Assembly (NCBI GenBank): GCA_002633005.1
Contig: NMRA01000154.1
Location: 55,213 to 119,212, forward strand
From: Phoronis australis
Lineage: Eukaryota > Animalia > Phoronida
Length of the DNA: 64,000 nucleotides
Direction of reading: 5' to 3'
Under the pieces are notes generated by a model. The model saw only the letters and a program-made list of their open reading frames with translations, was not told the DNA's origin and did not search any database. This document shows positions 1 to 13,390 of the stretch, one piece after another. A program made the translations under genes and the position numbers. Numbering within the stretch: the first letter of the stretch is position 1; every line of letters begins with the position of its first letter.

Positions 1-249
1 CGTTGTTCACTTACTTGACACCTTTTTACGGCAAATCAAAAGAAATTTAATCGGCCAGTCCCTACAAGGAACTTGCCTCCCAGTATACGTGCACTGACCA
101 GAAATTTAATGCTTTGTAAAACAAAAACCAAGCACGGAACTGTTAAAAATAAAGATCACAGGTTGGTAATTTTGTGTTCACTTTTTATTGGGCCCAACTT
201 GGAACAAGCGTGCAACTAGTACTGATCATCGCTACGATTCTGCACGACT

Positions 250-790
250 GATGACATATGACCACCAGTCTCATAACAGTCTCATGATATATGACCACCA
301 GTCTCATATCAGTCTGATGATATATGACCACCAGTCTCATATCAGTCAGATGATATATGACCACCAGTCTCATATCAGTGTGATGATATATGACCACCAG
401 TCTCGTAGCAGTCAGATGATACATGACCACCAGTCTCATAACAGTCTCATGATATATGACCACCAGTCTCATATCGCTCTGATGCTACAGTGTATATGAC
501 CACCAGTCTCATATCAGTCTGATAACACATGACCACCAGTCTCATATCAGGCTGATGATATATGACCACCAGTCTCATAACAGTTCTCATGATACATGAC
601 CACCAGTCTCATATCAGTCTGGTGATATATGACCACCAGTCTCATATCAGTCTGATGATATATGACCACCAGTCTCATATCAGGCTGATGATATATGACC
701 ACCAGTCTCATGTCAGTCTCATGATATATGACCACCAGTCTCATATCAGTCGGATAATATATGACCACCAGTCTCATATCAGTCTGATTA
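250..790. repeat. 33-bp minisatellite (ATGATATATGACCACCAGTCTCATATCAGTCTG), ~16 copies
   Basis: Direct tandem periodicity; explains the MIYDHQSHISL / MRLVVIYHQTD repeat ORFs on both strands. Confidence 0.95.
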
Positions 791-1067
791 TCATTCACAC
801 AAGCGTCATTCTTGGAAACCCTTTTCTGATCATTTGTCATTGCTCAGTGATAAGAAATCATATAAATTATCAGATTCATAATAAACATGGAAACGAAAAG
901 TTTATCAACGGTTACTATGTTGTCAAATACAATTTATATCATACAATGGTTGATATAGGTATATAAAAATCCTTAATGATGAATAATGATCAGCCACGGA
1001 TCATGAAGTCAGAATGAAACAGAAATATTTTCTTGTGAATCGATGGAAAATAACACTGCCGTTTATA

Positions 1068-1458
1068 TAGGGAGATTCTCCCGAAACAAGCCGCAAACTT
1101 GCGCGTTTTTCCATTTTGAAAGGCGAATCGAGTTATGTTGTGAAGTTGATGGCGGATTGTTCCTGCACCTAATGCTTGAATTCACAGTTGTAAGACTTGA
1201 CCCTCTTAATTAGTCTTGCTATCGTGGTAGTTCAACTACGCCATCTTTACAAACATTGTTTCACGCCTCCTTGTACTTCATTGGTCTAAATGCAACGAGC
1301 GTCGGGTGAACAGCTGGCACGCTGCCAAAAATTAAAAACATTCAATATCAGCATGAGCCCAATATATGAAATTGACGGTCTGCAAAATTTGAAGTTTCAG
1401 CCTCTATTGGAAAAAATATTTACAAAAGTCTGAGACCTGTTTCGGGAGAATAACCCTG
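1068..1458. mobile_element. Tc1/mariner-type MITE
   Basis: Imperfect ~33-bp TIRs (TAGGGAGATTCTCCCGAAACAAG... / ...CTGTTTCGGGAGAATAACCCTG) flanked by TA on both sides. Confidence 0.65.
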
Positions 1459-2280
1459 TATGTAGCAGGCCAAAAACCAACAGTGATCGTAATTATTTGC
1501 AATTGTAGCAAACCTTGTCGCAAGTATCCATGATTCGTATCACCATTTCCTGGTTGTCCATGGTCTCTTGCTTTGTGTAAATTCCCTCTGGAAATTCATC
1601 AGAATTAATAAAAGCTTTTTACATTTTTACACAGTTTAACTCCGGCTTTTTAAAACTCACGGCAGGTATACATTCATTCTTTGGCATTGTGCCAAAAACC
1701 AAAAAGTTTAACTGAAATACGGCTCTATGTTAGTGCTTCAGTTGGACTTACATAATTGGAAAGATGAAAAGCTCGTTAAGCAATTACTTATCAAATCAAC
1801 CATAACAGACGCGAATACCAGCGAATTTTCTTGTACGCAAAACAAACTCGATCACTTCCATGGACGAAATAGTGCTCCCGCCATACAAGAAATTTAAAAT
1901 TAAGTTTAGTTTCTGCCTACACGACCAACCGTAAAATACATGGTCGACTCAGTCTACAAATTTCTTTTTAAATACAAAAACAAAAACAGTATTTCTGTAA
2001 CAGAAAAGAATGTTCAAAGTAGTTAAACATTTTACCGACATTACTTAACCCTGAGAGGAGTGAGGGTAGGGCAGGCGTGAAGAATACATCTACAGGACCG
2101 CCTTACCTATGTATGGGTCGTATTCCATTATGAACCTTTTTGTAATGTATTTCACAGTCAACGCTGAAAAGGAAGAACGGCGATCAGATCAAGACACTTT
2201 TCGACTCGAAAGCTTATTAAAAGCGATAAAAGGCGCCTAAAAATTGACAATTTTATGTACATTCTGGACGGGGATCCAGT

Positions 2281-2662
2281 GGCCGGTTGCACGAAACCGT
2301 GCCAAATGGGGAATCAATTAAGGTCCCTAAGTCTTTTTGAGTATTTTTATGTACTCACACATGTAATTTTTTCTATCATTTCATCTTTAATATGAGTTCC
2401 TTTTTGATTAATGACATTTTCTAATAATATAGCTAAGAACTGAGCTCTGAGTTCACTGAAAATTAATAGGGACTCAGTTCTTAAATTGAGGGTGTTGCAT
2501 GAAAAGATCTCTACTGGCTTTCAATAATATTGACAAGTCAACTAGAGTTCACTCTCGATTTGTATCAAAGCCAAAAATTGACTTAGTAATGAAACTAAAA
2601 CAATACAAGACAAGACAATCAATGTTTTCACACGTCCACAAATACGCAGTAGATTTAGGGAA
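2281..2662. mobile_element. MITE, truncated copy of the 51231-51639 family (opposite orientation)
   Basis: Starts with TIR GGTTGCACGAAAC..; shares TTTGTATCAAAGCCAAAAATTGACTTAGTAATGAAACT block with 36185 and 51340 (reverse complement). Confidence 0.75.
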
Positions 2663-2885
2663 CCTCGGAGTCCATCCCCATGGACACTCGGACCCCCTCC
2701 CGATGGACGTTGGGAAATTCTCCTCAAGGCCGAAATGGGCACTCGGACCTCCCCCCCTCCCCATGGACACTCGGACCACCTCCACATAGACACTCGGACC
2801 ACTTAAAAATGGACAATCGGACCCTCTCCCCATGAACACTTGGATCCTCTCCCCATATGGACACTCGGATCTCCTCCCCATGCAC
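2663..2885. repeat. C-rich minisatellite (CCCCATGGACACTCGGACC core)
   Basis: About 8 degenerate ~27-bp units. Confidence 0.8.
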
Positions 2886-4989
2886 ACAGCAATTAATCAG
2901 GATCACGGATGCAACATCTCCATCCGGTGGCAAGAGACTCTAAACCCAAGACGAGGCTAATTTATACGAGGTGCTTCTCAGTTCATTCACCGCCAACGCC
3001 AGGTTAACGGAACTATGCCATACCATGAATTCCGCCAGGTGAACTGCGTAGGCTCAGTTATAATTTGGCACTACTCACTCCGCCAAACTGCGGCAGTTGT
3101 GACATGGAACTGCTAATTACAGGTCGAGTGTGTGGTATTTAAAAATGCTGAAGTGACAATATGGAGGCTGGGGTCAAATTTTGTCCGCTGAGGTTCAAGA
3201 CGTATTTTTCGTCAGTTAATAGACGAGATGTCCAGGTGTCATAAATGATCCAATTTGAAGCTGGGATTCACCCTTGTAAATTTGATAGTTAACCATATCA
3301 AATAATTTTCGCCGACAAAATTCATCTCCAGACGCATCAAAATGACCTAAAGCGTTAAAGACACAGTTTGCGAGCGAATAAACAACTCCATACAAGATGA
3401 CGTATATACTCTCTTGACAAAGGTCAATTACATATAAAGTTTTACTGTTTTAAATTATCACATCATACTCTAAAAAGGACAATGTCCGCGTGATTTTCCT
3501 TCTTGAATATTTATTACAATGAATACGCTATGAGTCGTTTTGCTATTTATAAACTTACATAGCACACGTATTCGCCACTGTCGTCATAAACTGAAACATA
3601 ACACCAATCCGCTGATAATCATTTTATGGTGAGATAAAATCATCACCAAGTAGCATTTAAATTCCGCGATAGAAGTGGAGAGATAACAGTTAGCTTTCTC
3701 AAGTTCCATTGTCTCACAACGTGTAAAGCGCAACCTTGTTATTTTTTGTATCAGATACGCTCAAATCGCAACGTTGGTCTGGACCGAGTTGCATAACTTT
3801 GATAGTAAAACGAAGTTAACAGCATTGTGCAACCATGGTCACGTGGTGTACAGTTGTATGACCTTGTAAATGCCCCATCTGTTTCTTCTATATACTCCAT
3901 TGATTTTGAGATGAACAATTTGAATTGACCTAACTTAGCTTTCGTTTTGAAGAAAATGGCAAAAGCGATCGACGTTTATAGATTACGCCACAAATAGTCG
4001 ATTCTCATTGGTCAATGCGCAGCGTTCATATGGAGCTCTACCCATCAACCGATATTTCCTGTAATCAGTAACTACTAAATTCGCCAAGCATGTAGCGTGG
4101 CGTTGTACATGTGAATATCCAATCTATACCTTCTGTACAAGCGATACATTTCATAGCCTTGAGATGAACAGTTTAAGTTCCCCCAACGTTCTCGTTCTTT
4201 GATGAAAAAAGTGAACTCAACGTTTATAGATTACTCGTGATAAAGAGTCAATTCTCAAAACCACTGTATCGTCCGCGGTCAACATTTTCAAGCACCACAA
4301 ATTGGATTTACAATGCTTTTTCGTCTCAAAATAATATATCTGGTTACATGGGGAGAAAACCTAACCGGATCAAAGTAGATAATATGTTAGCGTTGATTTA
4401 GAATTGTACTGAGACTACAAACCGACACCAGCGCAATATACGTGTACGAGGACAGCCTGATTGTAAATGTGTTGCCGTTAACCAGCGGGCATCATTAATA
4501 AAGGACAGGTGTTATGATGAAAGTACCAATCTGTACTTTTCGGAGTACAAGCCTTCGTTGCTACGTTCTTCGACGTCATTTCTATGACCAAAGGTGAGCC
4601 ACAACAGAGCCGCGAAAACTTCTTGTCAGACGACGTGTGTCTTCAGCGCCAAATTCCTTTCATTAACGAGTACGGCAAGAGCGACGCAACGTTTTGAAAT
4701 GCACCCGCGAGTGCATCGCTAACAGTGTGCTTCCACCGTTTATTACTTTCATGAATGCAATTAAGCTAATTTGGCAACTATGATATGAAAGCTGAAAATG
4801 AGCTGGTGCAGGCGCATCCTAGTGTTACACCTCTCTGAAAAAATATCAGGCCCCTCTGAAAATAACCAGCGGACAAGTAATATCTTGTCAAAATTAAAAT
4901 GGCCAACAGGGGTGCTACGCTAGTCCAAACTGTCCCAATATCTACCGGCGCCGGCATAAACACTGGAAAACCGTTTTGACAATAATCCA

Positions 4990-5442
4990 CGCGCACGCAG
5001 TGTCTAGTCAAACACAACAACGGTCGACTAGGTTGCTGCCTATGTCAAATCTGCCCAAAAATCATCTTGTGCACCCGCATATCCGTCAATCGTTTTTGTG
5101 TCAAATTTCAACAAAACAGTAGAAATCGCCACTAGGTGACGCAAAATACGCCAATTCCATCCAAAACCGGGACTCCACTAATAAATACCTATTTGCCAAA
5201 CTTTATGAAAATCCGTTAAGGAAATCCAAAATACTGACGACAACGTAAAAAACTAAAATCGCTTCTAGGAGGCACTCTGGTAGTCGGACCCGTCCGAATA
5301 ATTCTCTTCCATTAAAGGAAATTTTTCATGGACATACATTCAAGTGTTTTGGAGACACAGCAGCGGACGCCGGGCGACGGACGCCGGACGGACAGTAATA
5401 ATATATTTGTAAATATATATGTAATTATCTGGGCGCATAAAA
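4990..5442 (-). mobile_element. Decayed HINE/Helentron-like copy
   Basis: Units homologous to 27224-28977, CCACTAGGTGACGC at 5129, GGAC-type microsatellite and GGGCGCATAAAA terminus. Confidence 0.7.
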
Positions 5443-7844
5443 ATTAGGTTGTCCTCCTCACTGATAACATCGCATTCCAAGAACGACAAAACTTCGTAAT
5501 CTGGAGAGCTCATTAAACATATTAGTACATGGCCTACATGTATTGCCACAAGATCTGAACGCAGCACGCATCTTCATCATCCCATACATGTACGTATACT
5601 TCTGTTGAATAAATATATGTCCGTTATTACGCGCATTTTACCCCAACGCGTGATTTATCAGCTTATCACTAAACTGTGTGTAATTCAGAGGTTCGTAACA
5701 TACAGAGGCGTAACTCAGAGAGTCTACTTGAAGCCCTTGAAAGCGATTGTTTTGACAGTAGCTGTATATTATGGTTGAGTGGGGAGGCAACAGCCTGGCA
5801 AGTCATTGGCTAAACCAACTGATTGCCGAAAAATGCCAATTTAAGAGCTCTTTGGAATTAATTTATTTGGGCAGTATAAACCGAATTTTACAAATGAACT
5901 GATAAACTGGAAGTACACAAATGTGTCAACAAAACCTAATGATTTCTACCGATTCAAATCGTGTAAAGCTAAGTTTATTAACTGCCTGCAGTCGCGTCAG
6001 TTACGCGATTTAACCTCTCAGACAAAAACATGACCTCGACATGAACCTCGATCGGGGGAGTAAAACATTGTGGGGAATAACCCAGGATAGGTAATGCCGG
6101 GGGGCGACTCCAGCATGTACACACTTCAATTTTCAAGACATTGTGCGCTGTATCAGCACCAAGTAGACCTCAAATAGTTACGAGCATCGCCACATCCGGG
6201 TAGCATTAGTAAAGCAATTTTCTTGAGAGAATAGTGATATTACGGAATACCACACAATATCACGCCACTGAAAGGCGAATCTTCCGCGACTAAGAACGAG
6301 GCATCACCAGCATAGACAAACAAAATGTCCGCCACTGATGAAGCGATTGGTTTGTGTGATTGCAACGCTGAATTGTGGATGAAAATTTATCATTTCTGTT
6401 CCGGCTGTAAGTGAAAATTTCCTACCACAAAAATCTGACAGGTGTCTCGCGTTTACAGAATGCATCCATGTTTACGTGGGTGACGAATGTGCGATTGTCA
6501 TTAAATCTTCCAGTCGGAGGTGGCACCGTTTCTTCATTTGCATATGGCAACAACCAGTACCAGAACAAGACACGGGCATCTTTTAACAAGACCGTGTTAA
6601 CCCAATCACCGCCTGACAGCACGTATTGTTTTGTTAAAGAAGGTCTAGAAATAAACGGTCGAAACTTGTTATTATTCCATGAACAAAAATTCCCAACTAC
6701 ACGCGACGCGCCTGTCAAGTCACACGAGACTAATTGACTACAGCTCAGAGATGAGTGCTGTGTGGCAGACCTTCACTTCAAGTTGAAAAAACAACGTATT
6801 GTACATTCTAGGACTGTTATAGACTTTGTCTACAAGGCTCTCAATAAGATGATGTGAGTAGGTACTATTAGTGGGAGGCGTCAAGAATTGTTCTCAAATT
6901 TTTGAGGTTGAGCATGTGTTTTTCTTTGAGAAACAGAAATAAGTTGAATTTACTACCGTTTTGTGAGCACCGAAATAAGAAACATTACATACCACTTTGG
7001 CGTCCAACTTTTAAGAAAACATGGGTGACGTATGACAACAGTTATTGCGTTCTAATTCACTACGTCAATTGCAAATTTTGAACACCCTTTACACCCTTTA
7101 CTACCTATTGATAATGTGTAACAACAATCAGCACAATGATAGAATATGATTTTATTCACAAATTGAACACCAGGATATGAACAAATCAAAAAGGATGTGA
7201 AAGCTCATCACTGTTGAAAGACTGGGTGAACCCTTGCAAACTTAGGTTGCCTCAGTTCATTTATGTGCCACCTAGCTCTCAATACCGACCTGTTCACGGT
7301 TGAAGTCAATGGTCATAACAGTACCCTAAGGCATATTGCCAGTCTACTTTGGTGCTGTTCCTTAGGCATACGGGAAGTGGCAAGCAAATGCCGTTTAAGT
7401 TATAAGCTTTCACAGCAGAACTATCTACGTCTAACCTACGTGCCTGGCGGTTGTCTCAGAAAATGACGCGTTTTTGTTGTTTTGGAGTAACCAGAAAAAT
7501 TCTTAACACCGTTTTTGTGATCAGGGCATGGGGCATGTTATCTGAAAGTTTCACAGAAATCCGATTAGTCATTTCTGAGATATGATGTTCCGACGTCAGA
7601 CAATTTGGTCATATTGTAGGGTCCTACGTAACCATAGCAGTAGGTCCTATTTTATCTAGTAAAACAGTGAATTGCGATCAGGGTTGTTCTTTCAATTAGT
7701 CTTGAATTTCCGCCGCCGGCGCTTATTTGAGACCCGGCGTTTGCTTAACAATGGTGTTTTAACTAGCTTTTACCCAGCGCTTATTTGAGACTGGCGCTTA
7801 TACGCGATTCTAAGGTAACCGCGTTTGATGACGTTTCGTCCGGT

Positions 7845-9055
7845 GGCTACAGTCACAGGATGTTCCATCGAAACGGAAACGGAGTCGAAAACAGATACCC
7901 ACACCTTTAAAACAGCTAACCAACCCGAAAAATACGAACCCGATCTTTAAAACAGAGTCCTGGGGATCGGAGAGGACCGAAACACCACTCACACACTTTC
8001 TGTAAAGCATTGTTTGGTGAAAAATAAATCTTCCTACTTTAAATAGTTGTTGTAAAACGTTGTTTTACTGTATGAGAATTTTAGAAAACTTTTAACAGAT
8101 TGGCGTTCTACGTTATTCTGCTTCTAAAATTGTGGTGCTATCTTTTACGTCGGCTTTCGGTGTCATGAAATATTGTGTCACCTATTTCTTTTTCCCCATT
8201 TTTTCAATCAACTATTCTTCTTCCACGAGGTTGCGTACAGATCACAACAAATTGGTTTCATTTCGTTACAAGATTTTAGTATTTTAATTAATAACTGCAT
8301 ACCGAATTTCAAAACAAATTTTGCAGCAGTGATCCGCCAATAAAAAAGGGTGAATGCGTTGAGTTCAGAAATTCCGATTCCAAATTCTGTTTTGTTGATC
8401 GATGAGGAGTTGAAGTACATTTTTTGAGGGCAAAAACAGTGAAAATAGCGACGGTGCAGGTCTTTTGAGCGAGCAATTCTTGCGGTCCATTTCAAAATCC
8501 GGAAATTGATTGTACCGGAAATAATGTACTCTCTACAAGTAAATCGACGAACTCTAAAATGCGGCCAATTGTAAAGATATTTAAAGGAATTAATAATCAA
8601 TAATGACACTCGAAATAATAATGTAGTTTTTCGCTTCTGAAAATATTTTTGGAAAAACCATTGAATAATCTGAAATTAACTTAATATTCAGCGAGATAAC
8701 GTGCTGAGTGTATGTTGAAATTCGCCTTCGCCCACAGACAAGTTGCAAGAGTTTTACCGATAAAAATCAAATAACATTGTCAACATATAAGTTGCGTTTT
8801 ATTATTCACAATTTTTAACAAACAAATGCAGAAAACAACTGGAAAGTATTTGAAGATGCTTTAACTCAAGGACAACGGTCTCAGAAAATTTGAAAAATGT
8901 CCGTATTTCCTGTCCGATCCCCGGGGTTCATGTTAGGTTCGTGTTTTTCAGGCTGGTTAGCTGTTTTGGGGGTGCGGGAGTCTGTTTTCAACTCCGAGAT
9001 ATCTGTTTTACTCCGAGGTTCCTGTTTCGATTGAACAGTCCGAGTCAGTGGTTGC
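7845..9055. mobile_element. ~1.2-kb non-autonomous element with long imperfect TIRs
   Basis: 7845-7975 (..AAAACAGCTAACCAACCCGAAAAATACGAACC) is the reverse complement of 8910-9055 (GGTTCGTGTTTTTCAGGCTGGTTAGCTGTTTT..). Confidence 0.6.
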
Positions 9056-12000
9056 ACAATGAGGCGTATTAAAAATCACGAATATGTCGCATTTCGCAAA
9101 AGAACTCGGTATTCTTAGAAAAAGGTATACGTAACAAACGACATGAGATTAGACCCTAACTTGACTCATTTAACTTCAAAATATTCGTCAATCTTTATAT
9201 AACACTAGATTTTGTTTCCATTGCGTATTTACCAACTTCAGTTCATGGAAGGTCGTTTCAGTGATTTGTCTGTTCCACGTTTCATTTAACAAATGTTTCA
9301 CTTGCGATTAAATTAAAACGTGGTAATATCGATTTACCGCTACCGGTGCAACCCCAAATCTCGTGTATGGCGAAGTAATTCAGGCAGCTGTCCCTGGTAT
9401 CAGACGTTCCCTTTAAATTAATTGGCACACTGGGGTCGGAAGTTTACAACAAATTCTCAATGATGTACAAGGTTAGTTTATTTACACGAATACAGGACCA
9501 ACATGCACATTTTTTCTGGACAAGATTCGTGTGAAATAATTCTTAGATTAGACTTATCAAGTATTATTACTCGTTTGAAAACGTGTGTCTCGCCACAGTA
9601 AAGACGTTTTGAGAGCACTTCGAGAACAAGACAAAAATCAAACGGATTTACTTTAGTGTGACATTTGAAAGATAAGACGACCAGTATTTGTTTGTATTCA
9701 GTGGGTACGACTAAAGCAGTCTAAATGAAATCGTAAGTAAATCACACGATTACACAGTGCCGACTATTTGGGAGTCCAAGGGGCAATGGCGTATACTTCA
9801 GAATAGACTTTCGGTAACGTTTAAAGCATTTGCGCAAACACTCAAAATCGGCTCATCGTAGTTCCTGACACTTTCTTACCAGACTTTCCCGCTCCCAGCG
9901 CCCCCAGTAGTGCTATATTGTACTCCTGACTTGATATTGGCATCGTGTTCGTTCTGTTAGCGACCTTCCTTGAACTCATTCTAACACGCGGACAACCTGC
10001 GGAACAACAGTAAATACATAATTAGAGATACAAACATCGATCGAATTGTAAGGTGTTTTCATTGGCCGATTGTTGCAACGCGAAGTAAAATCACAAGATA
10101 CAAGAAGTCCCGGAGCACCTCTGTGGCCTTCAGGCCAGATATGAACTCAATACAATACAATCTCCGATCATACATATTGCAAAGGGGGACCATGGACAAA
10201 CATATGGGCGTGACTTCTTCCACTGTAGCAACACAATAGTGATGGACTAAATATTAGGGTTCATCAACCGAGGAAATGATAGTCATTTTGTTATGCCACA
10301 GCCTCAACAAAGAACAATAATTGTACATATATATGCCAAACTTCACAAAGCTCCATCAAAGAACGCTGTAGGTGTTAAGGCAGAAGTAAAGAAAACTGTA
10401 ATTAGAACACGGGGGCGTTATATTAAACCAGTCGGTTGACGTCGGCCATGCGTTCTTCAACAGGAACACATCTGCTTGCCAACTTTCACCATAAAAACAC
10501 GGGAGGTTTGTCTGGCGGTTTGGCAGATGGGGAGGCAGACGCCGAAACACAGACACGAAAATAATAAAAATTACCACTGTGGACGTAGCATAGGTCGTAA
10601 CCAAAATAAAATTGGGCAGCTGTGATGGTCTTTTTCGTGCAAACGATTCTGTCAAATTTCAGGAAGATTTGCTCAGAAAGTTGGTAGATATTGAGGAACA
10701 CGTAAAGAAAATTTAAGTTGCTATTAGGTGACACCACAGTTGTTGGAATCATCCCAAAATTAATGTCAGTCGCACCTTCTAAATAAATTTCATACATCAA
10801 GAATTAACTTGATACATGGTGAGGCACTCGCTGGTTCCCTGCGTGCCGCTAGGTGATAGCCAGCAAGTACGTATCACTTAATTTTCCTCGAGAAATTTTT
10901 TACACCGGCATTTCTCATTGTGGCGCGTCGAATTCTCAACAGGCAGCGCTTTACGCAAACAAACTGGCATGACTGATGGAGAAGTGTAAATGTGCTCTCA
11001 TGTACAGACAAATCGGTGCTTAAAATTCATGTTCAAGAAATGTGAATCCCAGAAAATTGTGGTTGCGCCTTTTAGGGGTGAATCTTTCTACTGTCTCTAA
11101 CTTTTGTTTACGTTGCTGTCCTGTATTCGTACCGTATGAATAACACACAGTCAGATGACGGCGAGTTTATTGTACATGTATGTGCTTCAAGCACGCGGCT
11201 TTTAAGCATCAGGCCTAAAGCAGAAACGAATAGTTGCTGCTACGCCACTTGTATGACAAGGGTAAAAATGGTTCACAGTCCCCCATTTTCTCACTCTGTT
11301 GTAAAGCTAACCAATGACTGCCCAGGTTACATCAACCAATGATGAAGCGCGTGCTACTGCCTGCAACCTGGCTACCACCTAGAGGCACTCAGAGAACCAG
11401 CAACAAAGTTACCTCTAGGTGAGGCACAGCAAGTGGAACACCTCGCATATTACGTAGCCTCAAAGTGTCTCTCGGGGATGTTTCAAATCTGCGCATGTGC
11501 GAGCTTCAATCATTGCAACAAATGGATTAGGTCAAGTTATTAAGGATAAATCAAGTCTACAGCCTGGGAGGTCTCAAAAGTCGTACGCGATCCTCGCTCG
11601 TTAGTCTGCACCCTGATGTACTTTTAACAGCTATTTAGGCTTGTTATCACACGTGTACCCCGGTGCATTCCACGGCAATTTTGAGAGTCTGAGGACTTGC
11701 TGTATCAACAGTTTGCACATGCGCAGACATGAAACACTGACCTCCGAGGAATAATTTGAGGCATCCAAAACACTTCGGGTATTTTCGTAGCTTCGAATTC
11801 CCTTGGAAGTGAACGTTACGTACGCATGTGACAGGGTCAGTCATACGGCAATCCGTAACACTTTGAATACCATCCGGATTGCTTCCAAATACTCGAAGTG
11901 TTTTGAAAGCTCAGAGGATTTTCGGAACACCTCGGGTATTTCCGTATCTTCAAATTTCCCTCGGACAAAGATACTATAGTGTAACTACATCTATGACTCG

Positions 12001-12149
12001 GATATGAATGTTATCTGCTTACGAGCGAACTTCAGTCATGCGATCAAACATTCTCCACTTTCACTAAGTCACATGACCCTATCGACAATCAATATCAATC
12101 CAATTATAATCCAATTTGATAATGACCTTTTGAACGGTTTGACGGATAG

Positions 12150-12562
12150 AGCTCTATGCAGATGTCAAAAAGCGACTCGATAATAAAAAAGTCACCAGAG
12201 AACGCTGGATGTATCGAATCCGCCCGAAGTCGGGAATGTGCCGTCGTTGTCTCGATGGAACTCCATTAACCAAATTTCGTAAAAATTCCTCAAAGATCAT
12301 GACACATACAGAGACAAACGTAAGCAATAAAATTGCCGTTAGGGGGCACAGCGATAGTCGAATCATTCTGAACGTCGTTGACATCCGTCATCAGTGAGCT
12401 TCATAGAAACAAATCTGCCTAACCTATGAGGGTTTAGGAGATACAGTAGCGGACGCCCCATCCCTGGACAGCAATACGCACCCGCAACATCACACGAGGG
12501 CGCTTAACAACAACAACAACAAGTAATAATGCGTCCACATATAAATATGTGGGCGCATAAAA
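12150..12562 (-). mobile_element. Decayed HINE/Helentron-like copy
   Basis: CCGTTAGGGGGCAC unit at 12336 and terminal TGCGTCCACATATAAATATGTGGGCGCATAA hairpin as in 28940-28977. Confidence 0.7.
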
Positions 12563-13109
12563 ACGAGAAATAAACACCGTTGTCATTCATACATGTTTGG
12601 CTTAACCAGATTTTACCAAAATTTTACAAAGACTTTAAGCAATCGCAGTCTTATAAAATGTCTGGTTTCGAAGCTTTTCTGAGACGAGTTCAAGTTGAAT
12701 CTACAGCTACCAGCATGCCAGTAAAACTAGGAACAAAGACATTCGTACCTAACTGTTTTCAAGTTGAAGAAATCTTCTTTTCTCATCACAATAACTACCG
12801 AATCCTCCTACCACCACTAACTACGCGAACATGGCTCCTCACACTGACACGATAAGATGAGCTAACCTGACGCTTGTCAAACAGACGACCACTGTTATGA
12901 TGTTAATAACGAACGCGACTGACATTTGAAAAAACAAGTCTAAATTGGGTAAATTTGTATAATCTAACTAGACAGCAGACATGTCGACCTGACGCGTAGG
13001 CTGGGAGGCAGTCACAGTATTTTGATCAGCGCTCGACGGTAATCATGTGAAGTCGACCACTAATCCAATATATTCCAATCATGGTTCATTTTGCACCTGC
13101 TGTATAAAA

Positions 13110-13390
13110 GCTCCGAGTCATGTATAAACCCTTAAGGCATTTTTGAAAAGCTTTTAAGTCATGTTTAAAATCTTGTTTGAAAAGCTCTGAACTGTGCTTT
13201 GAATCTTGAGTCATGTTTGAAAAAAATTGAACCATGTTTAAAATCTTGAGCTATGTCTGAAAAGCTCCGAGTCGCGCTTTAAAACTTAAGTTATATTTGG
13301 AAATCTCCGAGACGTGTTTAAAATCTTGAACCACCTTTGAAAAGATGGAAATCATGTTTAGAGTTGCGATTCAAGTTGGAAAACACTGAG
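13110..13390. repeat. Degenerate ~40-bp tandem repeat
   Basis: Recurring GAGTCATGTTTGAAAAGCTC / TTAAAATCTTGAG motifs. Confidence 0.55.

Noticed and set aside
185-966. Repeat-protein ORFs on both strands
   Set aside because: By-products of the 33-bp minisatellite; frameshift within the array and no splice or domain evidence.
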